Below the pieces are notes generated by a model. It did not search any database, had not been told where the DNA came from, and saw nothing but the letters and a program-made list of their open reading frames with translations. From the NCBI GenBank assembly GCA_964106915.2, contig OZ066918.1: a stretch of DNA of 64,000 bases; one strand, written 5' to 3'. Of the stretch, positions 1 through 13,124 are shown one piece after another. This DNA is from Podarcis gaigeae. Lineage: Eukaryota. The translations under genes were made by a program, and so were the position numbers. Numbering within the stretch: the stretch's first letter is position 1; every line of letters starts with the position of its first letter.

Positions 1-1155
1 CTAGTTCCCTAGAACAAGAAGAGGCATAAAAAGGGTGAAGAAGTTAGCTTCATGCAGGCGCAGTCTCATATTGCTTTAGACAAACCCTGGAGGGGACTTA
101 AGACAGCTATGGGGAGGTGGGGGCTTTTAGTCTTGGCAACTGATCCATGGGGTCAGCCATACCAGGGATGAGCTTCTGTCCTCATTAGGCCTGACACTCA
201 GCCAAGTCTGTGCAAATCATGTTCTTGCTTATAAAGAGTTAACTCTAACTTGCAGAGTGTGATTTACTTGCTTCTGAGACTTGATTTCAAATATAATGGA
301 GACTGTTGCGACCAGGCCTGAATTGCATTTCTAGAGAATGTTATGAACCTCCTATCCCTTAGAATAGGGTTGGGGATCCTTTTTCATCCTGAAAACCACA
401 TTCCCTTCTGGACAACCTTCTGGGGGCCATGTGATGCTGAAGCTTGTAGGGGCAGAGGCAAAAATGAGTGGAGCAATTGATATAAATCTTACCAGCGCAC
501 AACAGACTAGCTTCTACACACACACCATTCTCTATCCTCGATACGGGAAAGGAAGAGGCATCACCAGAGTTCAAGGGCACATTCCAGCCAGGAAAAAATA
601 CAAAAGGATGTTATGAAGTAGAGGTCTGGAGAATTGCATTCGGTCTCTAACTCTGCTTTAGAGGTCTACCAAATTCAAGCTTATATACGCAGGGCTATTT
701 ACCAGGATAGGATTAAACAGTCATGGAATGAATTGTCCCAAGCAGTTACAAAGGGGCTGGACAGAAATTGCAACACATTATTAAATAAATGTGTTCCTTA
801 ATCTGTTATGATCTGGCTCAAGCAGCCAGGATAGCACGGAAAAGGATAGTAATGGAAATAAAAATATACAAACATTTTATTTTATTTTAATTTTTAAAAA
901 ATTATATACCACAATAGTCTCAGGGCAGTTTACAAATATGCAATGCAACAAATAAAAATCAGATAAAACTATAAAATCAAACTTCAGTTAAATTGCCTGT
1001 CTTCTGAATTATGTCCATTTTGCCTTTTGATTTAAGTAGTCGTTTTCTCTGTAAAATATTCATTTGCATCAGCAATGATAAGAAGAAATGGAAATTTGTA
1101 ATGATGAAGAACTTTATTTCATTTTATTTCTCTTTCCTTTTTTCAGCGTATTTTC

Positions 1156-4100
1156 TTAAATGGTCAAAAAACCCTTCAACACAATGACTGTTTGGCCACT
1201 GACGTCTACTCTTCCATCAGGCCGAAGCAGAATCTTCAACTTTCCTCCACGAGCAGAACACTGAAATGCTAAACAAAGAGAGGGGGGAGGCTTGTATTTA
1301 TATTCCCTATTATCTGTGTTCCCCATGAACGATGCATGCTGCAATGCTTGGTTGTCGCTAATGAGCAGCAGATGGGTTAAAGAAAGGGGAAAGCTCTATG
1401 GAACTACTGAACTCAGCAGAGCCAATCCACTGACAGGCTATGGTGAAGCCTTCACCCTAGACAGCAAATAGGGAGGATGCAAACTCCACCTGCCCCCACA
1501 AAACTCTGCTGCCTATGTGCATGTTATATGCTGCACAGTCTCTCCTCATGCTCCCTCCACCTTTGGGGGCCAGAGAAGAGCCTTCAAAGAAGGCATGTTT
1601 TTGAGTTAGGAAGAAAAGTGTCTCTTCAGAACTTACAGCTCTGTGAAGGAACTCTTAATGCACGATCTCCTGCTCCCATGTAAGGTCTTACATATAAGAA
1701 TTCCTTTACGGACAACCACATGGAACACATGTCTGGGGGAAGGATGCAGGGGATGAGGCTAAACGCATGGCCCTGCTCCTGAGTGAGCACAAAATTACCC
1801 CACACCAGAGTAATGTGTGAACTGATCTGCAGTTTCAAGTAGATATGGAGACAGCAAATCCCCTAAGTTAACTCATCTAGAGCCAAACAGCTTAAAAATA
1901 ATACTGTACAAGTATTTCTTTAGATCCAGGCTTGAAAGACATATTACCATTGATTTTAAGTGACCAATATCATCTTCACTTGCCTATGGTTCTTATTTTT
2001 AGAAGGAAAGCCACAGTAATTTTAGCCTGCTGCATGCAAACTGGAAAAAACAGCTTGGTTTAAATTTCTTCTTTCATCAATTTTGGCAAGGGTGGAAAAA
2101 CTAATACACCTGAGATCCTTGCACAGCACTGTGCCCATATACATTCCTGAACCCTTGCTTGCCTTCAGACCCTCTGGCTAAACAGGAGGAAAAATTAATG
2201 TGTAATTAAAGTTTCTGCGGATTTTATTTTTAACAGATTACATTTATTAAATTATTGAGCCCTAAGGTTTATTCTTATAATTGAAGAGAGATTCTTACCA
2301 CACATTTCCTTTTTCCCCAGTTGTTGTGACCAGTAACTACTTAAGACAGTATGAGCAGATCCTGGAAAGAAAATGAAAAGATGTAATAATCATAACCCAA
2401 AAAGTGTAACATTTTTAGGGTTCCAAGCACACCACATGCATTTTAAAAAAATAATGCCACAGTAAGGTAAGGCTGAATTATTATCCTCATTTGCAAACTG
2501 GCTGTCACATGGGGAAAGGCAGTATTCTGCAAAGACCTTTAGGATGTGCAGAACATCTCCACACATTAGAATTCTCCTCCATACCTTGCAGTCATGAGGG
2601 CTGAAGCATCCAGAATTGAAGAAAGAAGGCAGATTTATCTTTAACCAGGCCTTTGGCTGATTGACATCTGATGCCCTTTTAAAATGTATTGTGGAAAGGG
2701 GGATTATTGGGTTGTCATTGCTTTTTTGTTTTTATTATGTATTTTCTGTTTTTTACATTGTGATTTTTATATGTGAGTTTATTTTTTGAACCGTCCTGAG
2801 ATCCAAGGGTATAAGGCTGTATACAAATATTACCTTCCAGGACTCTGTTTCTTCAACATGGTAGAGTGGGAAGACTTGACAGATGACCATATTTTATCAA
2901 ATTGGTTTTTTAAACAACAAGAACCCATAAACTCCAAGCTTTTGAGTGTGTGTTAAAAGCCATTATAAATATTGATTGTGGTATATTTTATTTTTATTTG
3001 TCCTTCACTGGTTCTAGGTCAACCTTTCAAATTATACCAAAACTAAAACTCACTCATGTGCATGTGGTCCTCCTGAACAATATAGCATCCATTTTATTGT
3101 TGATTCATTTACTTTTCTATTTCAAGAATCTCTTAAGGGTTTTAAACACCAAATAGGCACATCTATATACACATGTATTTTTTTTAAGCTATCATGTTAA
3201 TCCAATATAGTTACATATAACAAATAATGCTTGGCCATGGGCATTCATAGGCAAAAACCTGCCTCAACAGATGTATCTGATGAGAGTAAAAGCTCATTGT
3301 GCTCATTTGTTAAAGGTATCATTGGCTTTTTTTGTTTTTTGTTACAGCAGAGTAGCCCAGCAGTTCATCTGAATTTTGTACATAGTAAAGCTTCCAACAA
3401 GGGACGCGGGTGGTGAAGGGACACGGGTGTCGCTGTGGGTTAAACCACAGAGCCTAGGGCTTGCTGATCAGAAGGTCAGCGGTTTGAATCCCCGCGACGG
3501 GGTGAGCTCCCGTTGCTCGGTCCCTGCTCCTGCCAACCGAGCAGTTTGAAAGCACGTCAAGTGCAAGTAGATAAATAGGTACTGCTCTGGCGGGAAGGTA
3601 AATGGTGTTTCCGTGCGCTGCTCTGGTTCGCCAGAAGTGGCTTAGTCGTGCTGGCCACATGACCCGGAAGCTGTACGCCGGCTCCCTCGGCCAATAAAGC
3701 GAGATGAACGCCGCAACCCCAGTCAGCCATGACTGGACCTAATGGTCAGGGGTCCCTTTACTTTTACGTAAAGCTTCCAACAGGAATTATTCCCCTATGT
3801 TTAATAAAAATGAGAGCAAAGCCCTGCTTAAACACACAAACACACCTGTGACAGGATCTTCTAAAATTCCAACCCATGGAGCAAAGTATCGAGAGAAAAA
3901 GTCATAGCTTTCATGTTTTCCGTGGAAATCTCCTTTAATTGTGACTATTAATCCTTGGACTTTCCCAGTCTTCTCAGCCAGCAAAAGTTCTTGGCCATTC
4001 ACTTGTATTTTCTCCAAATCAGACCTTGAGGTTAAGCATGAAATGTTAAACATTTAAATATATTTTTCCTATGTATGCAAATTTAAAGCTAAAACATGCC

Positions 4101-7100
4101 AGTGAGAACAATTATGAGCTGAAACATACTGCAGTTCTGGGTATCTAAAGTAAGGATAGCGACAGTAAGAGCAAGTGCCCAGTGCTGGTATAATGTCTAC
4201 AACAGCCTTCACCAACCTGGTGCCCTCCAGGGGTTTTGCAGTGCCAGTCAAACAGAATAAGGCATCAAAGGAGGGGAGGTGGGGTTCACATTAATTTACA
4301 TATAACAAAGATGGCGAGCCTATGGCCCCCTAGACATTGTTGGAGTCCAACTTCCGTCAGCCCAAGCCAGCACAGCCAATGGTCAACAATGAGGGGAGCT
4401 GCAATCCAGCAACCATCTGGCGTGCCAAATATTCCCCAGCCTTGCTAATACCTAATGAACTTTGTAGAAAAACACATATACCTTCCATAAGCATCACTGA
4501 GGCAGACAAGGAGCTTCTTTGTGTCAGGAGAATAGCGAACATCTTGAACATTCATATCGCCTACAGCTGCCTGGTAATAAAATATTACAGGATGAACCCC
4601 AAAGAACTAGAGCATCTCCTAAATTACAATCATTAAGGATGCATTACATTCTCAGTCAAATCAAAGGATGCACACATTTTAGGCACACGTGTGGGAGAAC
4701 AGACAGATGACTTCCTCTTCTTAACACTTTGAGAACCCAAATTTAAACCCCTCTCCTCTGGAATAAGTTGTGTGTGTGCTCCAGATGCAGAGAGAGCTTA
4801 CTCATCTTTGCATCAGGATGACGTACAGGGCTCAAGCTTCATATGGTGCAAATAAACACAGAAAGAGAACATGCAGCCTACATGTGCTTTCTGTCTGCTC
4901 ACTCAGATTCCTCCTAGTTTGTTTAGAACATTTGGAGAAGCCACTTTTAAACACATGGACTGATGCCCAAGAGCTCAGAGATAATTTGGCTGAGATCTTC
5001 AAAGCCCAAAGGAGAGATACATTCACTTTTCATCTCCTCCCACAGTACCTTGACACTATTAATGCAGCCCAGTCTCTACTCCTTTAATTGGATCTGTCAA
5101 AAACCAAGAAGCACCCTTACTCTCTAATGTAACCCCTAGTGTGCATGATTATCCCATTTTATCCTCACAACAGCCTTGCACAGTAGGCTAGACTGAAAGT
5201 TGGGGTCAGGCCCAAAGTGTACCTAATGTCCAAATGTAGATTTGAGCCCAGTTCTGTTCACCACAAACCACAGACTTTCCCTACTTTATTAACGGAACAA
5301 TTTTGCAATAAGGACACAGTAACTAACCTAATATAGTGGTACTACCTGGAATAAAATCTTTTATCACAGAGCTAGCATCCATGATTAATTAAATGTTTCA
5401 TAAACATTCAAATTGCATCTGCATAATTTGAGGTACAGAGGATGCTTGCTACATGCAGGCCAATATGGCATGGGGAAAGAGACGATGCAAAATGTGTATG
5501 GCATAGAGCAGTGCTGCCCAATTGGTGGCCCGTAGACCCCAGGGGGGGTCTATGTAACCCAGGGTGTCCATGGCACCATTCACGTAACAAAAGCTACCAC
5601 AGATATATCAAAATTTTCAAAAGTAGGGGCTTGATGGGTTGGCTTTGGAAAAACAGGAGATCTGTAGTCATTGGGAACCACTGACATAGAGGTTTACCGC
5701 CAGTCCTTTGCAGGGTTAGACATGCCTCACTCTGCAAAAGTGTACAGTGCAGTAATAAGGATGATGATGTTGAATTGTTGGAATACTCTGTGTTATTCAC
5801 TATACATTTAATAAAATCACAATAAATAATATAAGGATTACACTAATTACCTTCACTAACTTTTCCACTTCCTGGAAATCCTGGATGAAAAGAAATAAAT
5901 ATGTATATAATGATTGCTCTTAACTAATCTTTTGGAAAAATGCTGGCAATTTAAGTCTATCTAACCTGTGGATAAGTAGGATAAAGGGGTAAGTCCAGGA
6001 TAATACGATCGCCTGCTTGTCTTGCATTTAATTCTCCACTCAGAGTTACGAAAGTGAGGGTTGAATTCACATTTTCTGTTTTTAAAATTAGAAACATATA
6101 ACTGTAATATAGGTTGAAAGGTATATTTGCAAATAACTTATAGCTTAAATGTTAATTACTCTTGTTGTGGAATAACACAGCTGCTGAGGCAAGGGTAGCG
6201 TGGCCACAGAGTGGGACCTCCTTAGCTGGTGTAAACCACCTTAATCCAAAATGGGAACCTAGGAAAAGAAAATTCAAGAGTCAGGCTTACAGTAAACTCT
6301 TCCTGTAGCTTTACGGCTGTATCACACCAGATTTTCAGCCATTTACTTGCCCTTTTATAGTGTTACTGCATGTGAACCCCTTTCCACATAACACCTGTGG
6401 TTTTCTTTGATAAAAGAGAAAGAAAACAGCCATCTATTTGTAACATGCCAATGTCCGATATTAATTTTTAAAAATGGAAGTATGGGTGTGGTAGGTATTT
6501 GAGAAGATGAATCAGTAGCCTCCCTATAGGCTATTGTGTGTGTCAGCTATTTGGTGATAAAAATGTTCCACAGATTAAAATTCTTCCAAGATGAAGAAAA
6601 TGAGATGGAACTACTCCCTGGACTGCCTGTGCTACAAAATGAGATGGCACATTCCTGAGTTGGTAACACCACTCCAGGTTGCATGTGACAGATGTCATTC
6701 TTAATGCATCTCTGAGTTGTTGTTTTAATTCTCTGTAAGAAAGCTAGCAGATTAGGAATGAAAATTCTAATCTGTGTCAAACCTTCTGCTACTTTTCTGC
6801 TTGCAGGGAGATTTTATGCAAAGGAGCATTCAGTGGTATCTCTCTGCTTTAGTTTTAAGCAATACAGTCCACTCTGCCACATTAGAAATTGTAGATTTCC
6901 CAGGGTTCCTTGGGAAAAAAGTTTAACTGTTAAACCAGATAAGGTCTGTGGTATGTTTATACACCAAGTATTTATTGCCTCAACTTACATTATAGTCTAC
7001 TAACTAAAGTGTCAACCTTCCTTAATATTTTTAAGCAGGGGATATGATTTACCCTCTGCTGAAGTCAACTGAAAAATTACCCCTTATTTTAATGTAGTCT

Positions 7101-10100
7101 TACTTCTTGTAAAGTCATCAGTAGGATCCAGTTTTCTGATGAATGCCGTTTCTGAGAGGTTCATTTCTGTTGCTATTTTTTGGTGCCAACCTTCTTCCAG
7201 TTCCTATTTTTAAAAAATCAAATAATTGCCCGTGAATTGGTATTATTTATTTTACAGCAAAATAAAAGACCTGATAAACAAAGAGCCTAGCATTGCACAT
7301 GAAGTTTAAATGGGTTCATGGTACTGTTTCTTATTCAACAGAGATGCAGAAGCAGTAGGAATAAAATAACCTGCAAGCCACCCCAGACATCGCCTCTGCC
7401 ATTAGGAGTTAGTTCCTTATGAGATACCATGCAATATGTCTGGAATTCCCTTGACACAGCAGGGCGCGAATTGCTGGGATGTCTAGGAAAATCTGGAAGT
7501 ATGGTAAAAACACTTGTTGAATGATCAAAACTAAGTTGAATGATCAAAACTACATTTAAGTTCATCACAAACTGGATAAAAAATTAAAATTTTAGATTTA
7601 AACTTAGTCTTGATCATTCAGCAAGTGTACAAAATATTAAGAAAACTGGATGACATGAGGTGAAAAAGTTGGATCACTTGATATGACCCAGCAAAGCAAA
7701 GCAAAGCAAAACAGAAACCCACAAACTCAGAAAACTAACTAGCACCATCTTGTGGTAATTTTGAAATATAGCAATCCTGTGTTTTCTTATTTTGGCCTAA
7801 CTGACCCAGGGGTTTGCGGGGCCCTGTGCACAGTCCTTTATGGGGGACCTATTCATTCAACTAAATAAACACGATCATGCCAAAATTAGGGTGCATGAGA
7901 TGATATTAATAATGTTTCTGCCTTCGTGCTGTGCTTGCCCCCAACAACTTGGGAACAATCCCAGCAGCAGGCTAGGTAGGAAAAAACGGTGGTGATAACA
8001 GTCGTATTTTGGATCCCGAACACCTTGTGAGTCCAACGTTTTGGCTCCTGAACGCCACAAACCCAGAAGTGAGTGTTCCAGTTTATGAACGTACATCAGA
8101 TGGGGCTTCTGCAGCTTCTGATTGGCTGAAGGAGCTTCCTGCAGCCAATTGGAAATCACGCCTTGGTTTTCGAATGTTTTGGAAGTTGACCAGATTTCCA
8201 GAATGGATTCCGTTCGACTTCCAAGGTACTACTGTACTACTAATGATGCATTGAAATGCCTCCCCCATAACGTTTGGGAAAAATCTGGGGAAACATGATA
8301 ATAATGGTGATAATAAAGGTTATGATAATGACTCTGCACTCCCCCAGCCTCAAGCAACTTGGGAACAATCCAGAAAAAGAAAATAATTATGATCCTTCTG
8401 CACTGGGCTCCTTCCCTCTCCCTACCAAGAAAACCCCAACAGCTTGGGAACAATCAGGAAAATGTGATGTTGAGATCAAAATGTCTCTGTACCCCCACTC
8501 CCCCCAAAAAGACAAATCAATAAAAGATGGGAGGATGAGGAAATCTGGGCTACCCTGCCGCCCCCCCCCCAAACAGCTTTGGAACAATCCTTCCTGTATG
8601 GCAGGCTTCCTCAACCTTGGCCCTCCAGATGTTTTTGGCCTACAACTCCCATGATCCCTAGCTAGTAGGACCAGTGGTCAGGGATGATGGGAATTGTAGT
8701 CTCAAAACATCTGAAGGGCCGAGGTTGAGGAAGCCTGCTGTATGGCATGGCATGGAGAAACAAAAAAAAAACCTATATGCAGAGGGTACATAACTCTAGA
8801 AAATTAGCCAAACCACACATCAGAGCTTTCCAAACTGTGCGTCGGACATGTTAGTGTGTCAGCTGCAGTGTGTAGATGTGTCACATGAACGCTCCCCACG
8901 CTCCTTTCGGGGCTGAAAAGTGGTTAGTTTAACCTCTGGTTGGCTAGTAAAACTGAATTACTGTGTCGTGAAATAATGCATGTCTAAAAAGTGTGTCACC
9001 AACATGAAAAGTTTGGAAAGCTCTGCAATACATGGTCCAAGGTTTAATGATTCAAAATACAGTGGTACCTCGGGTTAAATACTATTTCTGGGTTAGCGGA
9101 GTCTGTAACCTGAAGCATATGTAACGTGAGGTACCACTGTACAAGTACATATTTGCAAATGGGCATCCAGAGACTGAGAGATGGCATGCCAATTGCGCTA
9201 CTGAATCCTTGGCACACCACTCCTGAGCACAGCCAATGTAGCTGTGTGGCCAAACATTCTTAAACACCAGCCAAAAAAGCTGCTGAGCAATGGATTCAGA
9301 CAGGCACAAGAAGAATTCATTGACAGAGGTTACAAACATATGAGAAAGTGCTGAGATTACAGGGAGACACAGAGCACAAAGAAAGGCAGATAAGGGTGCA
9401 AGGGACACAGAGGGCAAAAGGCACAAATAAAATCCAGTGGGCAACACATGCACAAACAGGAAAAGAACTCGTTAGGAACAAAGTCTTATACAGAGTCAGA
9501 CTATTGGTCCATCCAGTACATTATCTAAGACTGTCAACCTGAGGGAGCCATGGCACCTGTAGGCACCAGGTTTATGACCTTCATGTGTTTTTTGGAGTCA
9601 ATCCACTGCCTTCTCTTATGGAGGAGCTTTTCTGAATGAGGGGATCTAGTTCTTCAAATGCCACTATCATCCACAAGTGCCTAGAAACATTCAAATATTT
9701 GTCCAAGAAGGCTAGAATGTTAGTATCTTCAGGGTCCAGGTACAGTTTCCATAGGAGTGGCCTGATCACTGCCTGGTCCAAGGTTATTTTCTACTTCTTG
9801 ATTGTGGCACAGCAGTACAGTGGTACCTTGGGTCACAAACACTCGGGTTACAGACTCCGCTAACCCGGAAGTAGTACCTCGGGTTAAGGACTTTACCTCA
9901 GGATGAGAACACAAATTGTGTGTCGGCGGTGCGGTGGCAGTGGGAGGCCCCATTAGCAAAAGTGGTACCTCAGGTTAAGAACGGTTTCAGGTTAAGAATG
10001 GACCTCCGGAATGAATTAAGTTCGTAACCAGAGGTATTACTGTAGTCATGATCACAGATCATAAACAGATGCCATGCCGTTGAAGGGGCTGGAACACCTT

Positions 10101-10805
10101 AAAAAGTAGCAACCGACATTTTTCAACCATACTTGGGTGACAAAATACCTTGGGTTGGCTTTGTTGAAATCAATACGACTAAATCAGATTAAATCTAAGA
10201 ATTGTGCACAACTGTTTCATAAAGAAGACTGCCAGTGCTTATGAAATAGGTCAATTTGGAATTCAATCTGTGTTCTAAAAAACTCTAGAAAACCTAGCAG
10301 TGAGGGAAACATTAACTGCATAAATGCTTCCTGGGAAGTCTTGACATTACTGTGAAAAGTTTCCTGAGGGCAGGAATTTTTGAAAAACCCTGGGCCAGAT
10401 AAACAGCACAGGAATTTTCTGTACCCACAACAAACCAATCCTTAGTCAAGAAAAGCATCACTAAAAATTAACATAAATGGCACCAGTCACACACAGGAAA
10501 GTTTTGTAATGTAGGGAGCTGCCTTACACTGAGTCGGGCCATTGGTTTATCTAGCTCATTATGTCTACAGCTCTCCAGGGTTTCAGGCAACATCTCTCCC
10601 AGCAATACTAACTGGAGATGTTGGGGACTGAGCCTAGGAACTTCTGCATGCAATGCTGATGCTCTGCCACTGAGCCTAACAAACATCAGCATTCTGGTAA
10701 AGACAAGTTTCAAAAACTTACATCTTCAAGAAGACAAACAGCTGCAGGATTTCCAGAAAATGGCTGATCTGTAAAGGCATCAACTGTGAAAATAGAAATC
10801 TGCAT
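1156..10805 (-). CDS. PBLD: Phenazine biosynthesis-like domain-containing protein (PhzF/DapF-like isomerase fold), 288 aa, 9 coding exons
   Basis: Coding exons on the minus strand, all GT-AG: 10722-10805 ([28 protein letters not shown]), 7104-7203 (EMNLSETAF), 6160-6258 ([19 protein letters not shown]), 5966-6075, 5851-5880 ([10 protein letters not shown]), 4482-4570, 3846-4024 ([21 protein letters not shown]), 2299-2361 ([10 protein letters not shown]), 1156-1268 (AFQCSARGG...TI*). Total 867 nt with consistent phases. The PhzF family motifs GNPAAV, NLSETAF, LCGHAT and EDPVTGSA are all present. Confidence 0.97.
3400..3767 (+). mobile_element. Full-length Sauria SINE (Squam1, lacertid type) in a PBLD intron
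   Basis: tRNA-like head (GGGAC..GGTGTCGCTGTGGGTTAAACC...GGTTTGAATCCC), typical body (AAGTGCAAGTAGATAAATAGGTAC) and BovB-type CCTTTAC tail. Perfect 15-bp TSD GTAAAGCTTCCAACA at 3385-3399 and 3768-3782. Confidence 0.93.
5150..5270 (-). mobile_element. Old MIR/Ther1-like SINE fragment
   Basis: TTTATCCTCACAACAGCCTTG...GTAGGCTAGACTGA...GGCCCAAAG is the reverse-strand CORE-SINE signature. Degenerate. Confidence 0.5.
7999..8234. mobile_element. Tc1/mariner (Tigger-like) non-autonomous MITE
   Basis: Imperfect terminal inverted repeats CAGTCGTA...TACTACTG, followed by TA on the right. Confidence 0.6.
8602..8737. mobile_element. hAT (URR1/Charlie-like) palindromic MITE
   Basis: TIR CAGGCTTCCTCAACCT / AGGTTGAGGAAGCCTG and an internal palindromic ACAACTCCCAT...ATGGGAATTGT core. 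Exact 8-bp TSD CTGTATGG at 8594-8601 and 8738-8745. Confidence 0.88.
8821..9025. mobile_element. hAT non-autonomous element
   Basis: Perfect 16-bp TIR CAGAGCTTTCCAAACT / AGTTTGGAAAGCTCTG. Degenerate 8-bp TSD (CCACACAT / CAATACAT). Confidence 0.8.
9060..9139. mobile_element. Internally deleted Tigger-like MITE (80 bp)
   Basis: TA|CAGTGGTACCTC ... GAGGTACCACTG|TA. Confidence 0.85.
9540..9810 (-). mobile_element. Decayed L2 LINE reverse-transcriptase fragment
   Basis: The minus-strand translation [19 protein letters not shown]...LDP resembles the L2 RT motif AVVRPLLKKPSLDP...LDPFQSGFR. Confidence 0.55.
9818..10042. mobile_element. Tigger-like MITE
   Basis: TA|CAGTGGTACCT ... GAGGTATTACTG|TA. 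Shares internal sequence with the 9060 and 50133 copies. Confidence 0.85.
10510..10677 (-). mobile_element. Degenerate tRNA-derived squamate SINE
   Basis: The reverse strand begins GCTCAGTGGCAGAGCATC...TGCATGCAGAAGTTCCTAGGCTCAGTCCCCAACATCTCCAG (tRNA-like A and B boxes). A similar plus-strand remnant lies at about 13380-13515. Confidence 0.6.
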
Positions 10806-11406
10806 TTTCTTCCCTTATTCTTGGCTGCTTTTAAAAATGGCGTTTTGCAAACTGCTGACTCATCTTCTCAGCTGTTGCATAAATGGCTGAGTTAATATTA
10901 CACCAAGTGAAATATTACAAGTGTAATGTTACACCAAGTGAGTACAAAAAACTGGTAGCTTTGCCAACACTTATTTTCCTTTTTTTTCTTCCTCACATGT
11001 CCCAGCCCAGCAATCACATTTTTAACATTTTCCCTATATTTATAAGAAATTCCAACATTATTTTAATGACTGTTGCTGAAATTATAAATTCCCTTTTACG
11101 TGTGTGTCAATGTGATTTACAAATATATCATAAAAACAGCTGAAATGGTTTTTAAAACTATATAAAAAATAACTGAATATACTGTAGGTTTAAAAACAAT
11201 ACAAAATGAACATCTGTGGCAAAGGATTTTTGAGCTGCTGGAAAACCTTGTTCACACAGAAACGTCTTCCATTGTTTTAGAAAGTACAGATAGTGCATGC
11301 CTGGTATATTTCAACAGGGTTGCTGCTCCACAGAATGGGGCAGCAACACTGAAAGCCTTGTTCCAAGTTACTGTGGAGCCCGTTTCCGATATTTTGGGGA
11401 CTTTAG

Positions 11407-11659
11407 CAGCAGTGTAGCAACCACCACCAGCTTATTGAGCTTTTTTTAGGAAGTTGTGGATTTTAGGGATGGGAAGTGCTCCGCCCCCTTGCAGCATCCA
11501 AAATGCCCGGCAACCACCGTTCCGCCCTCAAACTCCTCTGCTGCCCAGAATCCCAACCCCGATGCACAGCAGCCACTGTGCCACAGTACAGACCCCCATG
11601 GTGCCCTACCCCCCCCCCAGTGCAGACTGCCCCCCTGCCGCAAGCTAGCTACGCTACTG
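11407..11659. mobile_element. hAT non-autonomous element
   Basis: TIR CAGCAGTGTAGC / GCTACGCTACTG. Exact 8-bp TSD GACTTTAG at 11399-11406 and 11660-11667. Confidence 0.8.
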
Positions 11660-11803
11660 GACTTTAGGAAGAAACATTGCAGTGACCTGTTGGATATACT
11701 GTATGGATATATAAAGAATAAGGTGGCCTCTTTAAAGGTTAAGCATCAAGAAAAGCTAATTTATGTGTGGAGTTAATTTTTATTAACTGAATTTGGAGAA
11801 TTA

Positions 11804-12154
11804 CCGTATTTTTCGCTCCATAAGATGCACCAGACCGTAGTTTTGGGAGGAGGAAAACAATAAATCTGAATCCCAGAAGCCAGAACAGCAAGCGGGATCG
11901 CTGCGCGAAGCAAAGCAGAAGGAGGACAGGCGCGTTGCTGAAGGGGCGCTGCGCAGTTCTCTCGCTCTGTGCAGCGTCCCTTCAGTGAAGCGGGAGGAAG
12001 AACAAAAGGGGCTCCGTTCCTCCTCCTGCTTCGCTGAAGAGGCGCTGCACAGCAATCCCTCTCTGCGCAGCGCCATTCGCTTCATATGACGCACTCACAT
12101 TTCCCCTTACTTTTTAGGAGGAAAAAAGTGTGTCTTATGGAGTGAAAAATATGG
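11804..12154. mobile_element. TcMar-Tc2-type non-autonomous DNA transposon
   Basis: TA|CCGTATTTTTCGCTCCATAAGA ... TCTTATGGAGTGAAAAATATGG|TA terminal inverted repeats. Confidence 0.85.
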
Positions 12155-12684
12155 TATTTCTGTTTATCTCTGTAGAAAGAAACACAACAGATGTGAAACT
12201 CTACACATTTACTCAGAAAAAAAGCCTTAGTGTGTTCAGCAGTGCCGATTCCAGTGTGTCCATAAGGTTTGGGGGCCATAATTATTTTTTAAAAAAACAG
12301 AGTCCTCACCTTGAAGAGTAAGAAATTGTCTTTAAGGTGCGACAATAATTTGTTGTCTTTGCTGCAACAGGTGATTACGGCTACCTTTCTGGAAACAGTT
12401 GTTTACCTAGGCAAGCAGTATTTCATGTTTTAAACATTAAGGGGCAATTATTCTGTGATGCAATAAAAGTTATGAGTTTAAGATTGTTCTTTGGAACCAG
12501 CATACATACCCATTGCCCATTAATCACTTTAAAATCAATAGGGCTTATGATACACCGATTGGAAATTGTGAGGATTATTTTTCCCTTTTCCATGATATTC
12601 TTCCTAGGAGGCAGGAGGTATAACCTTCCATTGGCTCTTTGTTCTCTGGCTGAAAGATGGGGGCAGTGTGTCATTCCTTTGAGC

Positions 12685-13124
12685 CAGGGGTCAGCAAACT
12701 TTTTCAGCAGGGGGTCGGTCCACTGTCCTTTAGACCTTGTGGGAGGCCTGACTATACTTGGGGGAGGGGAATGATGCAAGAGCACCACGAGCTGCTTACC
12801 TGTGTATTGCGAGCGGCAGGGGCTGGCAGCGGCGGAGGGACGATGAGCGGTGTGCAAAAGGGCTTCAGAGAGAGGCTGCTTAAAATGGCAGCCGCTCGAG
12901 AGCTGCTGCTGCTGGCACCAACAAAGCCCAGCCCCCTTCCTCCTCTAGGCAGGGCAGGGAGAAACCAGGAGGGAGGAGGCGCCGCCACTGCCGTGTGAGG
13001 GAGAGGGAAAGGGAAAGAACGCATAGCTGGCGAGCCACACAGCAATTTCCGGATCGTCTGCGGCCCGGATCCAGAAGGCAATTGGGCCTGATCTGGCCCA
13101 AGGGCCTTAGTTTGCCGCCCCATG
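12685..13124. mobile_element. hAT-Charlie-like non-autonomous element
   Basis: Ends CAGGGGTCAGCAAACT ... AGTTTGCCGCCCCATG. 8-bp TSD CTTTGAGC / CTCTGAGC (1 mismatch). GC-rich interior. Confidence 0.8.

Noticed and set aside
7938-8590. CRISPR-like repeat-spacer appearance
   Set aside because: Vertebrate intron with degenerate repeats, irregular spacing and no cas genes.
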